DNA of 64,000 nucleotides from a virus (lineage: Duplodnaviria; Caudoviricetes): positions 1 to 64,000 of IMG/VR virus record IMGVR_UViG_3300025606_000003; one strand, written 5' to 3'. Within the stretch, counting starts at the first letter, position 1. Every line of letters begins with the position of its first letter. Both the position numbers and the translations under genes were made by a program. Below the pieces are notes generated by a model. The model saw nothing but the letters and a program-made list of their open reading frames with translations, did not search any database and was not told the origin of the DNA. Positions 28,809 to 38,508 of this stretch are shown here, piece after piece.

Positions 28809-31682
28809 TCAAACAACGAGATGAAGTTCGATGTTGTTCAACGGCGCCGGCACGGTCAGGTTCAGCACAATTTCAATACGATCGCGGAGCAGCGGATGAA
28901 TCCGCAGCACGCTAATTTCGCCGTCGATCAGCTGCCCGCCGAGTTCGGTCGTTGTGCCGCTCGTCTTGAAGTAATCGATAAGCTTGACGACCTCAGCGCG
29001 CAGGTACCGCACCATACCGTCCGTCACATTTACGCGGCCGATGTACGGCCGTAAACGACGGAGAAAGAGGTACGACATCGAGTCGACGTTACGCCGAATC
29101 ATCTCTTCCCGACGATTCAGGTCGAGATTATCGGTTGTCAGCGCGTGCCGCGTGAACGGCGTGCCGTCGCGATTCTCCGTCACGACCCACACACCGGCCT
29201 CAGCCAGCCTGTTCAGCTGCGTTTCGTTGAAGAACTTGTACGCCCGGCTGAAGTCGTCGAAGCCGGCGACCTCGACGTTCGTCAGCGGCTGGTGCGGCAC
29301 CACGCCAGATACCAGGCCCGCAATCGCGGCAGACAGGTAATAGCCGGGCTGCATTGTGCCGGCTTCGCCTACTTGGTCGGGCCATGTGGCTACAACGCGC
29401 CGGCTGCTAAAGCTGCCGGCTTGCGTAGCTACGGCGTCAGCGACTTCGTTGCGGTTCAGGTTGCGGTAAATCTCAACCCGTTGCGCCACGGACACGGGCG
29501 CCTCAGCGCCGGCGTACAGAAGCAGCGAGCTTTCAGCCACAACACTGTCGACAACAAACTCCTGATACTGTTCCTCGCCGAAACCGTCTACCGTGTAGAG
29601 GTAGCGCACGATGTCACCAGGCTGAACGCCGTTCGTGATGAAGTAGCCGTTACCGCCCGAAACCTGCAGCAGCGTGTACTGCGTGTTTGTAGCGTTCGGG
29701 TCATCGGCCAGCGTCGCGAGCACGACTTCTTCAACCACGTTGCCAGACACTCCGGCGATCAGCGCGCCCTGACCCGCGACCTTCTTACTGGCCGGGGCCT
29801 TGAGCGCGAACACGCCGCCCTTCCAGTTGTTAGCCGTCTCATTCGACTCGCCGTTGATATGCGCGGCGTACAAATTCTGTACAGCGCGGTCGAACGTGAG
29901 CGGCACAAGGTTGTACATGTCGTCGCGACCCTTAACGCGGTCAAGAACGGCAACCCAGCTGTCCAGATCGTCGGGGTTCGCGACGGCGGTGTACTTCACA
30001 ACCGTGCCGTTGCTGTTCGACAGCGCTTTGTAGACGCCCCACTTCAGCGGGTTGTCCGGGTGCAGCTGCCCCTTGATCTGCCCAAGATCCGAAACGCTTT
30101 GGAGGCTGTTGACCTCGTCGGCCAGCTCAGCCAGCCACTCGCGGTACTCGATGTACAGCGACCCGCCGCGGACTTCGAGCGCCTGCTCGACTCCGTTGCG
30201 CGTCCACTCGGGGTGGTAGGCCACGATGCCTTCGTGCACGCAAACCTGCGTGGCTTCCAGCTCGTAGTTCGTCAGCGGCGCGTAACCCACCCGGTTCTTG
30301 GACACCTGGATGTCGTCCTTGATGAACAAGCGCAGGTCGATGTCGTCAGCCGAGCTGATGCCGGCGGGCAAGTCATCGCGGAGGATAAGCTTGCGCACCG
30401 CGCCAGCTTTGCTCGACAGCACAGGCACGTACCACTTGTCGCCCTTACGCAAACCTGCCAGGCTGTCCAACGAAGACGCCAGCACCGGATAATCAGCGCT
30501 GGGCGCCATCGTAAACGGCTGTACAGAAACGACAGCGTTGAACTTAATCGTCACGCCGTTAGAGCCGATAGCTACGGCCGTGTTAGCGGCGGTTACCTCG
30601 GTTGGGCCAGAGAAATCCAGGCCCTTAACGGTGCGCACGGTGATTTCAGGAAGATCGGCCCACACGCCGCCCTTGGTGCACTCGACGATGTAAACGTCGT
30701 TCTTGTCGCCGTCGTAGGTGCCGCCAGAAGTAGCAGCCGCGGCGTCGAACTCCTGGCTCACTTCAACTTTCCACTTTTGCCCAACGACAAGCGCGTCCGG
30801 CGCAACTTCAGCCGTACCAGCGGCCAGCGAGCACGCCGAACCCGGGTCATAGTGAAATGTGACCTTGAGTCCGCGCGTACCAATGTCGGTCGGATCGCCA
30901 AAATCGGCGGGCGTTACTTCGGCCACGTCGTCATTACCACTGGCCGAGCGCACGCGCAACCGCGCGGCGGCGCAGCCGGGTACAGACGACTTGATGACCT
31001 CGATGGTGTACTCTTCTTCCACGGCGCCGTCGAGCAGGCCGTCGTAATCACTCCCGTCGACGCTGGCCGAAATGCAGTTATTCGGGCCGGCTGTCTTTGT
31101 AATAGTCGCGGCGGCGCTGTTAACGGAATCTTGGTTATCGTCATCGGCTGCGGCGACGTCAACGTCGGAAGGAACTGTCTCGCTGGCAAAACCGGTCACG
31201 GTCGTCCACAGCGTTACCTCTTCGCAATCGTTATCGGCACTAACGGCGCGCAGGTAAGCTACGTCGCCAAGCTGCACATCGCGGTCACCAAACGCGGCGC
31301 TGCGCGGGTACGCAGTTCCGTTGTTCTTGAACGCGACGGCGCTCGCAGCAATCCAATTGCTGCGACCTTCAACAGCCGATACCGTCGTGCCAACCTGGCC
31401 GACAGTGTGCTCGTAGTACTTGAGCAGCGCGTTGTCGATGTACAGCTTCGTGTAGCTGTGATCGACAAGCGAGCCGGGGAGCCGGCCGGGATAGGCGTAA
31501 CACGTGTCGTTCAGGTAGTCGTACTCGCCGAGCTTGCCCGCCGATTTTTCTTCGGCGTCGTTGTAGCGGTGCAGGACGGCGTGCGGACCAGAGACGTGCG
31601 CGCGAAGCGGCTCCGTGATCTCCGTCGGGACGACCGCAAATTCCTGGAAAACGAGAACTTGGGGCTTAACGTAACTCGACAT
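28809..31682 (-). CDS. Contractile tail sheath protein
   Basis: 957 aa. N-terminal YVKPQVLVFQE; C-terminal HQPLTN...LAEAGV...RHALTT...IRRNVD...VPAPLNNIEL. Confidence 0.9.
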   Translation of the reverse strand: MSSYVKPQVLVFQEFAVVPTEITEPLRAHVSGPHAVLHRYNDAEEKSAGKLGEYDYLNDTCYAYPGRLPGSLVDHSYTKLYIDNALLKYYEHTVGQVGTTVSAVEGRSNWIAASAVAFKNNGTAYPRSAAFGDRDVQLGDVAYLRAVSADNDCEEVTLWTTVTGFASETVPSDVDVAAADDDNQDSVNSAAATITKTAGPNNCISASVDGSDYDGLLDGAVEEEYTIEVIKSSVPGCAAARLRVRSASGNDDVAEVTPADFGDPTDIGTRGLKVTFHYDPGSACSLAAGTAEVAPDALVVGQKWKVEVSQEFDAAAATSGGTYDGDKNDVYIVECTKGGVWADLPEITVRTVKGLDFSGPTEVTAANTAVAIGSNGVTIKFNAVVSVQPFTMAPSADYPVLASSLDSLAGLRKGDKWYVPVLSSKAGAVRKLILRDDLPAGISSADDIDLRLFIKDDIQVSKNRVGYAPLTNYELEATQVCVHEGIVAYHPEWTRNGVEQALEVRGGSLYIEYREWLAELADEVNSLQSVSDLGQIKGQLHPDNPLKWGVYKALSNSNGTVVKYTAVANPDDLDSWVAVLDRVKGRDDMYNLVPLTFDRAVQNLYAAHINGESNETANNWKGGVFALKAPASKKVAGQGALIAGVSGNVVEEVVLATLADDPNATNTQYTLLQVSGGNGYFITNGVQPGDIVRYLYTVDGFGEEQYQEFVVDSVVAESSLLLYAGAEAPVSVAQRVEIYRNLNRNEVADAVATQAGSFSSRRVVATWPDQVGEAGTMQPGYYLSAAIAGLVSGVVPHQPLTNVEVAGFDDFSRAYKFFNETQLNRLAEAGVWVVTENRDGTPFTRHALTTDNLDLNRREEMIRRNVDSMSYLFLRRLRPYIGRVNVTDGMVRYLRAEVVKLIDYFKTSGTTTELGGQLIDGEISVLRIHPLLRDRIEIVLNLTVPAPLNNIELHLVV

Positions 31683-31788
31683 GAGTCAGGCCTCCGTGCC
31701 TAGAGTCGTAGGGGATGCGATGCTGCTCAGTATACAACCATTACAGCCGTAAAAAAAAATCCCCGGACGACAGTGTGTTTAAATGTTC

Positions 31789-32502
31789 CTAATACGACAG
31801 TAAATCGGTCGCCTTGAGAACAATCCGCTTGAGTTGCGGCGCGTACGGCTGGAGCTGCCAGGCTTCCTCGGCTACGTACGCTACGGTAACAGGCACGGCG
31901 TAACCCTGTACCACTTCTTGAACTTCTCCTGCCCCGCCAATTTCGCTCACACCGAACTTATGTAAGTTCATCTGTTCGCGAATCCAGGGCGCAAATTGGT
32001 GCAAAAACTTAACCACCTCAGTTGCGAGAAACTCGTTTTCTGCGGCGCTGGGCGTCAGACATTGCAACGTGTGGCTGCCAGCCCAAAACCCCGCGTAACT
32101 TGACGCACCCGAGTAAATATTGTGCCCGGCCTGATCCCCGATACCAACACGTTGCCACTGCCAGGCGTTTCTTTTGATTAGAATTGCCGGGCGTTTGTCG
32201 GCGGTAGCGGGCTGCCAGCGCGTAATACTTTCTATCAAAATGCCGCCCTGGTGCAAACCGTTATCAGACGGTTTCCAGGCACCAAGCGTCTCGAGCTGTC
32301 GCCGAATGCGCGGTTCTTCGATATTCTTCGGGTCAGAAAAATGCGTTAAAAGTAGCTGGCGCAGTAAACCCGTCATCACGTGCGGGCGCATGCCGTACGA
32401 GCACAGGCTGCTGACGGTGTTTAGTCGGTTCTCTGGCTTGGCGCCGTCTGGAAACAGCGCCTCGACTTCGGGCGGGTTTTGCTGATTGTTACAGTCGCTC
32501 AC
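31789..32502 (-). CDS. Tail terminator/completion protein
   Basis: 237 aa between neck and sheath; KRPAILIKR motif. Confidence 0.55.
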   Translation of the reverse strand: MSDCNNQQNPPEVEALFPDGAKPENRLNTVSSLCSYGMRPHVMTGLLRQLLLTHFSDPKNIEEPRIRRQLETLGAWKPSDNGLHQGGILIESITRWQPATADKRPAILIKRNAWQWQRVGIGDQAGHNIYSGASSYAGFWAGSHTLQCLTPSAAENEFLATEVVKFLHQFAPWIREQMNLHKFGVSEIGGAGEVQEVVQGYAVPVTVAYVAEEAWQLQPYAPQLKRIVLKATDLLSY

Positions 32503-32528
32503 GGCCGGCCTCTTTTCAGATTACCAGG

Positions 32529-33809
32529 CTAAAAGTTCCAGAAGTCGTCGGGCGGGGAAGCGGGGCCGGGAAACTGCTGCTCGGTTTCCACGCCTTCGCT
32601 GCGCTCGGTAAGCACGGCCTCGCTGCTGTCTCCCAGGATTTCCGTTTCCCAGAAGACCGTCAGCTGGCCCGCGGCGACAACCGTGATAAATTGCGTATTC
32701 GGGCCGTACTCGCCGGGCTTCTCAAAAAGCACGGCGTAATTGCCAGGATCTAATAACAGCGCGTCTGCCCAGCGCCCGTTCGCGCCAGTTGTAGTACTGG
32801 CTACAGCGTTAGCTCTGGCTGGGTAGTCTGGTTGCGCGGCATCGTAGATATCTTTTGGAAACACATACACACGCGCACCCTCGACCGGATAGCCCGTCGC
32901 GTCAGCGTACGCTAAATAATCCGGCGCGTTGAAGTTATGGTCTACCGGAACGATGCCGCAGCCAATTTGCGGCGGCACGGGCCCGGGACGCGAGGCTGGT
33001 TCGCCGCCAATCTCGATAGCGTAAATAGAGCTTGAGAACGGAATCAACCCCATTTGAATGTTGTAGACAAGCGGCACGCCACGCATAGCCGCCGCAACCT
33101 GAATGCTGTGTACCAACCAGCGCTCGTCGCTGGTGCCGTTTACCCAGATGTCGTTGCGGTTAATGCTCGGAAACCCAATTACGCGGGCGGTGACTTCGGC
33201 GTTCTCGCGGGTTGTGCCCTTAAGCTGACCGTCTTGCTGCTCTGTAATAGTCTGGGTTGACAAGTCCCAGCATTGCATAGCCAGCGGCGGGTGATAACCA
33301 ACCTCGAAGCTGGTGCCGTTACAGATCGGGCAATTCGAGTCCAGCACCTCGCCAGACAGCTCGTCGCGACAGCGCTTGCACGGCCGCCCGAATCGGTAGG
33401 GCTTGAGCAAAAACCCCGAAACACTAACGTACTTGTGCCGGAGCTGCTCTTTCCGGATAACTTCACGCGATAGCACCCAATCGCGCTCAGCCAGCTCCCC
33501 GAAACAGCTGACAGCTTGGCTGACATAGATATCTTTGTCGGTTGTCAGCGTAACCCGGTAATGCGTTAACAGGTCGCTGGCAGAGTTGCGCCACGCATCG
33601 TCATACGCAACGTAGCCGTCAACAATCGGGTTTCCGACGTTATGCCAGTCAGGAGAATCGCGCAGCCCGGTGTTCCCGAACTGCAGCTGAAAAATGCGCG
33701 GGCCGGGGTCGTTAAACGCTGGCTCTAGCTGCCACCAGACCCGCGTAACGCCGCGGATCATGTTGTCCACAGCGACCTGACGAAACGGAAATAAACGCGG
33801 TTGCGACAT
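32529..33809 (-). CDS. Neck/head-closure protein with zinc finger and C-terminal Ig-like domain
   Basis: CKRC...CPICNGTSFEVGY; C-terminal GYPVEGARVYV...TTTGANGRW...LDPGNY. Confidence 0.6.
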   Translation of the reverse strand: MSQPRLFPFRQVAVDNMIRGVTRVWWQLEPAFNDPGPRIFQLQFGNTGLRDSPDWHNVGNPIVDGYVAYDDAWRNSASDLLTHYRVTLTTDKDIYVSQAVSCFGELAERDWVLSREVIRKEQLRHKYVSVSGFLLKPYRFGRPCKRCRDELSGEVLDSNCPICNGTSFEVGYHPPLAMQCWDLSTQTITEQQDGQLKGTTRENAEVTARVIGFPSINRNDIWVNGTSDERWLVHSIQVAAAMRGVPLVYNIQMGLIPFSSSIYAIEIGGEPASRPGPVPPQIGCGIVPVDHNFNAPDYLAYADATGYPVEGARVYVFPKDIYDAAQPDYPARANAVASTTTGANGRWADALLLDPGNYAVLFEKPGEYGPNTQFITVVAAGQLTVFWETEILGDSSEAVLTERSEGVETEQQFPGPASPPDDFWNF

Positions 33810-33815
33810 GTTTTG

Positions 33816-33823
33816 ATTATAGC
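33816..33823 (-). promoter_or_regulatory. Putative -10 element of a leaderless/short-leader promoter
   Basis: GCTATAAT lies 6 nt upstream of the ATG at 33809; no SD. Confidence 0.5.
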
Positions 33824-33856
33824 TGCAGAGCGCTGATAGCTAAGAAAAAGACGCAA

Positions 33857-34450
33857 CGAGCAGTCAGAGACTGCTCGCTCTCGGCGCGCGTCCGCCGCAG
33901 AATGTCGTACTACAGGGCCGCCCGCCGGGGCGACGGTCTCGTATTGACTCAAACCCAATCTGGTGGGTTCCAACCTGCCGCAGACCTTGGCATGAGGTTG
34001 GCTCACGTGTTTGTTGGCACACGCTGAAGCCTGGACTGCGATGTTGCCGCCACGGTCGGGCGCTCCCCGACGCGTCCGTCGGATTGGGTTTGCGACGTGC
34101 TAGCGTTTCGCAAAACCACAACTTTCTGCCGAGGGGTACGCCCCAAGGCGAGGCTGTCGCAACAACCTCCGGTGTGCGGGTGGCAGAGCACTGTATCCCA
34201 CAGTGTTGACTTCGCTGCAGTCTTGCTGCAGCTGGCTTGGACCCTTTTTGGCTTCGACGCACTGACCAAGCAGAAGTGCGTAGGTTCCGCGACGACCTCT
34301 CGGTCGCCGGTACTTCACCGGGCGCCGGAACAGCGCTTTCGGGAAGGCCGATTTATCGGCGTCAGCAGCGACTCGGGTGCTGCCGCAGCAGCGTCGATGG
34401 CGGCGGAGTCGTTGCTATCGCCAGCCATCCAAGATAGCTATTACCCTATC
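33857..34450. ncRNA. Candidate large structured non-coding RNA (~600 nt), strand unresolved
   Basis: The only large intergenic gap in the window. It is tiled by more than a dozen helices, including an 18-bp long-range stem (33951-33968/34074-34091) and a pseudoknot (34235-34281). Confidence 0.65.
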
Positions 34451-34479
34451 AATCTATATGCCCGGTTTTTGCCCAATAT

Positions 34480-35499
34480 TTAGTACCGGAGCCGGAGGCC
34501 GCTGGCGTAGGCGCTGTACTTGTAATTGCTCGTTACTTCGCCGTAGCAACCCTCAAGATTCAGGCTAGCTTTGGTAGCGCGCACCCACTCGCGGTACGCC
34601 TGCCAGCGCATTTGCCCGGCCTGCTCGTACATGGGCGCCTTGTTCTGGTCGTTGATCTGCATGCCCGCGGCGGCATACTGAAAATCATTCCGGCGGTACT
34701 GCTCGGCCACCATGAAGAACAGGTTGGCCACAATTCCTTCCAGCCAGTGATAGCGGAACGGAAAGTTTTGCGTGTTGTAGACGGCGTCAATCGGCGGCGG
34801 GATCTCGTTCCAGTACATAACCGGCCGCGCGATCGCCAGCGCAATCTCGGCGTCATCAAACATGAGGTTATCGAGCAGGTAGCTTTCGCCGGGACTTGAG
34901 TCGCGCAAATGCAGCCGGATTTCTGCGATGCTGGGCGGCCCACCGTTTTCATTGTCTGGACCGAACAGGCTGCGCGTTATGACCAGCGAGAACGTGTTAG
35001 AGAACACGACGCACGGCAGGTCTTGGCTTTCTGCGACTGTGCTAACCAGCGCCATCTCAGCGTAGTAAATACCTGGCAACTTCGTCATCTCGGCGGTCAA
35101 CTCCGCCTCAACGCGCCCTTCAGCCGCGTTTACGACCGCGGCCTCGACTTCAAATGGCGGGCGTGCATTGCCCCACGACAGTTGCTCTTTCAACCGAAGC
35201 ACGACGCGATAGTCGATTACCGTAGACGAGCTTTCTAAGTCTTCTGGAAAGCCGCACGCTTGCAGACTTACTGGGCGCCCCTCTTTGTCGTGCAGTTGCC
35301 AGGCGACTGTCGCGCACTGGCCCTGGTTCACAGCAATAGACCGCATACGCCCAAGAACAGGCGCGCCGTTTACTGTGCTGACCGAAGCGCTGAGAATGTT
35401 CTGCCCAGCGCACGACACCGGAAAAAGACCGCCGACGGTTGTAATCGGCGCGGGTGTCGGGATTACGGGCTGAGAAGCTGGCGTAGCAATCACAACCAT
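34480..35499 (-). CDS. Head-tail adaptor/neck protein with N-terminal Ig-like domain
   Basis: EIRLHLRD...FDDAEI...YWNEIPPP adaptor-like C-terminal half; position after the capsid genes. Confidence 0.65.
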   Translation of the reverse strand: MVVIATPASQPVIPTPAPITTVGGLFPVSCAGQNILSASVSTVNGAPVLGRMRSIAVNQGQCATVAWQLHDKEGRPVSLQACGFPEDLESSSTVIDYRVVLRLKEQLSWGNARPPFEVEAAVVNAAEGRVEAELTAEMTKLPGIYYAEMALVSTVAESQDLPCVVFSNTFSLVITRSLFGPDNENGGPPSIAEIRLHLRDSSPGESYLLDNLMFDDAEIALAIARPVMYWNEIPPPIDAVYNTQNFPFRYHWLEGIVANLFFMVAEQYRRNDFQYAAAGMQINDQNKAPMYEQAGQMRWQAYREWVRATKASLNLEGCYGEVTSNYKYSAYASGLRLRY

Positions 35500-35579
35500 A
35501 TCGTCACCTCGCGCAGAAGAGCGTAGATATCACGACAACAAAAGTGATAAAGATGGCGCGCATGGCGAATACCTACGAG

Positions 35580-35611
35580 AAAAGGCTGGCCGCTTGCGCA
35601 GCCAGCCTTTT
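35580..35611. terminator. Bidirectional intrinsic terminator ending the capsid operon
   Basis: aaaaggctggc-N10-gccagcctttt. Confidence 0.75.
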
Positions 35612-35639
35612 CAGTGGTCACGTTAGCCGGCAACAAAAC

Positions 35640-36005
35640 TCAGTCGTCGTTCTGTACCCAGTCGGACGTGCCGGTCCCAGCCGGATCCCAGCCGGGATCG
35701 ACCGTGCCGAGCACGCGACCGTGCAGCGCCAGGGCCGCCGTCGTGTCGTCTGTCGTGCTCTTGAGGTAGACGGCCGGGGAGCTGACAATCTTGAGGCTGC
35801 CGCCCACCAGCGCGGCCTCGAGGGCCTTGAACTGACGCAAGCTGCGCTTCGCGCCGAGCTTCGTTACAAGGTCGCCCGGGACCGTGTACGTCTCGTTCGC
35901 CTCAAGACGCTTGCCGTGCGTGCCAAGAAAACCGAACACCGCGGTGGCGCCCGACGTGTTCTCAACCGTGGTGTATAAACCTGTGGTAACCGGAACGTAT
36001 GTCAT
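35640..36005 (-). CDS. Hypothetical virion protein
   Basis: 121 aa with GGAG SD, in the capsid operon. Confidence 0.6.
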   Translation of the reverse strand: MTYVPVTTGLYTTVENTSGATAVFGFLGTHGKRLEANETYTVPGDLVTKLGAKRSLRQFKALEAALVGGSLKIVSSPAVYLKSTTDDTTAALALHGRVLGTVDPGWDPAGTGTSDWVQNDD

Positions 36006-36021
36006 GAATTTCTCCGTTTCT

Positions 36022-36405
36022 TTACTCGGCGTTGCTCGCGGCGAGCGCGGCAGCCGATTGCAGGGTCAGCACAGCCGACGCGATGTCAGCCTGATTCGCC
36101 GCGGCGCGGGCAACGTCGTCCCACGCGGCAGCCTTTTCTGTTACGGCAGCGCCTGGAACACCTAACAGGGCGTCCAGCTGATTGCTCGCAACAGTTAACG
36201 CCGAAACGTTAGCAGCCGCGGCTTTCTCTTGCTCAACCGCGTAGAGCACGTGGAGCTTTTGCGCCACGGACCACATTTCCGCGGCTTCCTTTTCAGAGCG
36301 CGGCGCGACGCCGTTCGCGGCGAGCTTCTCGAAAAAGTATGGCGCTGCAAGCTTCGCCACAATTGTGTTGTATGCTTGCTCGGCCGCGGCCTTCACATTG
36401 TCCAT
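36022..36405 (-). CDS. Ala-rich head protein with K-x-A-A repeats
   Basis: 127 aa, AGGAGG SD; 6 of 7 Lys are in KxAA. Confidence 0.65.
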   Translation of the reverse strand: MDNVKAAAEQAYNTIVAKLAAPYFFEKLAANGVAPRSEKEAAEMWSVAQKLHVLYAVEQEKAAAANVSALTVASNQLDALLGVPGAAVTEKAAAWDDVARAAANQADIASAVLTLQSAAALAASNAE

Positions 36406-36428
36406 GGTGCCCTCCTTGGCACAGGGTT

Positions 36429-36461
36429 GGGAGGCGGGCGTTTACAACGCGCCCGCCTCCC
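36429..36461. terminator. Strong GC hairpin after the major capsid gene (terminator or mRNA stabiliser; no U-tract)
   Basis: gggaggcgggcg-N9-cgcccgcctccc. Confidence 0.55.
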
Positions 36462-36479
36462 GTCCTCAGTTTAGAAACT

Positions 36480-37406
36480 TCACTTGAAGTCCACGCGGGC
36501 CAGACCGTTCGTGTGACCGAACGAGCCACCCTGCGTGTTATAGGCAAAGTACTCGAGCATGTAAGCCTCACGACGGATGTACATCGTGGTGGGCTCGAGC
36601 TCGTAATTCTTGCCAATGAACTTGGGTGACGCAAACATGAACAAGGAATCGTCGGGCACGAGCGAGCGTTTGATTGTCACAATCCAACGGGTGTTGAGAA
36701 AGTTAGTTTCCGCCCAGCCGTTCTTGATGATGTCCTGCGAGAAGTCACCGCCCATTTCGTCGCGACCGAACTTGAGGAGTTCCTTGATGGTGATGTTATT
36801 CACCAAGCAGGTCTCAACCTCGAAGTGCGAGGGCGTACGGGGCATGATCTTCAGGGCATCGACGAGCGTTTCGCGCGTGATACCGCCGTGGATCTCCTCG
36901 TACTGCACCGCGCCAGACGCCACGTTCTCAACACCCGGGGTCGGGAGTACGGCGTTGAACGCCGCGATGAACTTGGAGTCTTCTTCCGCCAACATGTCTT
37001 TGATCATGTTGTCAGAAAGCACCTGCCGGATGTCGATCACGTAAGTCCGAAGCTCGTCGACGTCCTTCTGCGCGCGGGGCGACACGATCCGGTCAAACAT
37101 GACGCGGTAACGCGGGCCACGGATGTAGAAGTTAATCGGGAGCGTCGCAAACGGGAGCGACACAGCCGCCGGAGAATCGGGCTCCTTGTCGACCACCTTC
37201 ACCGGCTTGTCCGTGTCGACCTGGCGGTCGAGCTCGTCATTGGTGATGGTGAGCGGCGGCATAATCCGCCGGTAGAACCCGTCTTCACGCATCTTGGTGC
37301 GCGTGAAGTCGTTAACTGCATCAACGGCCTGCTTCTGCATGCCGGGGGTATCGAGCTGCTCGAAAAGAGTCTCGTTGAGCAGCTGGATTTCTTGCTGAGT
37401 GGGCAT
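36480..37406 (-). CDS. Major capsid protein (HK97 fold expected)
   Basis: 308 aa, GGAGGT SD, strongly biased codon usage. Follows protease, scaffold and decoration genes; REDGFYRRIMPP motif. Confidence 0.75.
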   Translation of the reverse strand: MPTQQEIQLLNETLFEQLDTPGMQKQAVDAVNDFTRTKMREDGFYRRIMPPLTITNDELDRQVDTDKPVKVVDKEPDSPAAVSLPFATLPINFYIRGPRYRVMFDRIVSPRAQKDVDELRTYVIDIRQVLSDNMIKDMLAEEDSKFIAAFNAVLPTPGVENVASGAVQYEEIHGGITRETLVDALKIMPRTPSHFEVETCLVNNITIKELLKFGRDEMGGDFSQDIIKNGWAETNFLNTRWIVTIKRSLVPDDSLFMFASPKFIGKNYELEPTTMYIRREAYMLEYFAYNTQGGSFGHTNGLARVDFK

Positions 37407-37445
37407 TATGGAACCTCCATGTTCCGTGGGTGATTAGGGGTGGAC

Positions 37446-37994
37446 TCAGGCGGCCGCGCCGGGGAGCCACACAGTCCAGAAGGACAGCGCGAAAACCCCA
37501 TTGTGGTTCTTGGCCTTGCCGCTCGACACCACGCCGACCACCGGCGTGACATACTGCGTAACGGACGCATTGGTGATCCGACCGCCGGTCGTGGCATTCG
37601 AATCCGAAGCCACAGCGGTGAGCAGATCGCCCGGGGTGTAAGTCCGACTCGTGTCGAACTCACTCGACGCAATTTCGTAACCGCCCGTCGCCACGAGACC
37701 AGACATCTTGCCGGTCGGGGCGATGGCCCGGTGCATGAAGTTGCCAGAGGCAGTCGTGCCGGGGTTGCTGACGTCGGCGTCGGTCGAGCCGTTCAGCAGG
37801 AAGATCGCTACGCCGGTACGATGCGCGCCGGGACGGAAGTCGCCCGCCGAGTCAACGTACACGACGCGGCCGCGGGGCACGTCAAACGAGACACTGGCCG
37901 ACAGCTTGGCGTCGTAATCGAGCGCCGCCATGTCGAACCAGCCCTTTTTGACATCCAACCCCTTTTCGGTGATCAGATTCGGAGCAGTAGCCAT
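37446..37994 (-). CDS. Capsid decoration/cement protein
   Basis: 182 aa directly upstream of the MCP; PRGRVVYV and YTPGDLLTA motifs. Confidence 0.6.
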   Translation of the reverse strand: MATAPNLITEKGLDVKKGWFDMAALDYDAKLSASVSFDVPRGRVVYVDSAGDFRPGAHRTGVAIFLLNGSTDADVSNPGTTASGNFMHRAIAPTGKMSGLVATGGYEIASSEFDTSRTYTPGDLLTAVASDSNATTGGRITNASVTQYVTPVVGVVSSGKAKNHNGVFALSFWTVWLPGAAA

Positions 37995-38058
37995 ATCAAG
38001 ACCTCCATGTCTTTCTTTGGTTTGAGGAACATCCTGTTCCTCGAGGACGAGTTGTAGC

Positions 38059-38487
38059 TCAGGTAGTGGGCGGATTCAGTCCAAGACCCTGGAACAACTT
38101 AATGTCCGAAGCCTTGAGGCGACCGTCGCGGGCACCCACATACCCGCTCGTCAAACTATTCGAAGGGTCGTAACCGGCGGTTTTAACAGCGGCTACCGGC
38201 GTACCTAAACGCGACAGCTCAGCCGCGTTGCGATGAGTCGCGAGCTTGATCACAAGCTCCATTGCCTGTACCGGGTTGCTAAGCGCGCGCGCAAGGGCTT
38301 CTTTCTGTTGCGGTTCAATGCGCTCATTCTCGACGCACGCCTTTACGGCGGCGGGAATCAAGCCGGCGAGCTTTTCAGCCTGCTCGTCGCGCTCTTTGAG
38401 AACAGTCGCTGCCTTGGTCAGCGCGGCGTCAGAGTAACCGATGTAATCGATTACTTTCTGCACGAGCGCGTTGTTGTTATCAGCCAT
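38059..38487 (-). CDS. Small helical scaffold-like head protein
   Basis: 142 aa, GGAGG SD, several KxA motifs. Confidence 0.55.
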   Translation of the reverse strand: MADNNNALVQKVIDYIGYSDAALTKAATVLKERDEQAEKLAGLIPAAVKACVENERIEPQQKEALARALSNPVQAMELVIKLATHRNAAELSRLGTPVAAVKTAGYDPSNSLTSGYVGARDGRLKASDIKLFQGLGLNPPTT

Positions 38488-38508
38488 GGTTAAAAACCTC
38501 CAGTGAAA

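Noticed and set aside
29145-31703. 852-aa plus-strand ORF antisense to the sheath gene
   Set aside because: It is a codon-register mirror of a strongly GC3-biased gene and has no motifs. The same applies to 38503-39828, 48568-50250 and 56613-57944.
12203-32502. Bacterial contractile injection system (eCIS/T6SS/tailocin)
   Set aside because: Contiguous capsid, protease, adaptor and RNAP genes indicate a complete phage.
34240-34260. GGCTTCGAC resembling the tmRNA/tRNA motif
   Set aside because: No matching acceptor stem, T-arm/CCA end or tag ORF could be identified.
33758-34568. Short ORFs on both strands across the structured gap
   Set aside because: No SD, low-information Arg/Ser-rich translations, and mutual overlaps; base-pairing explains the region better.
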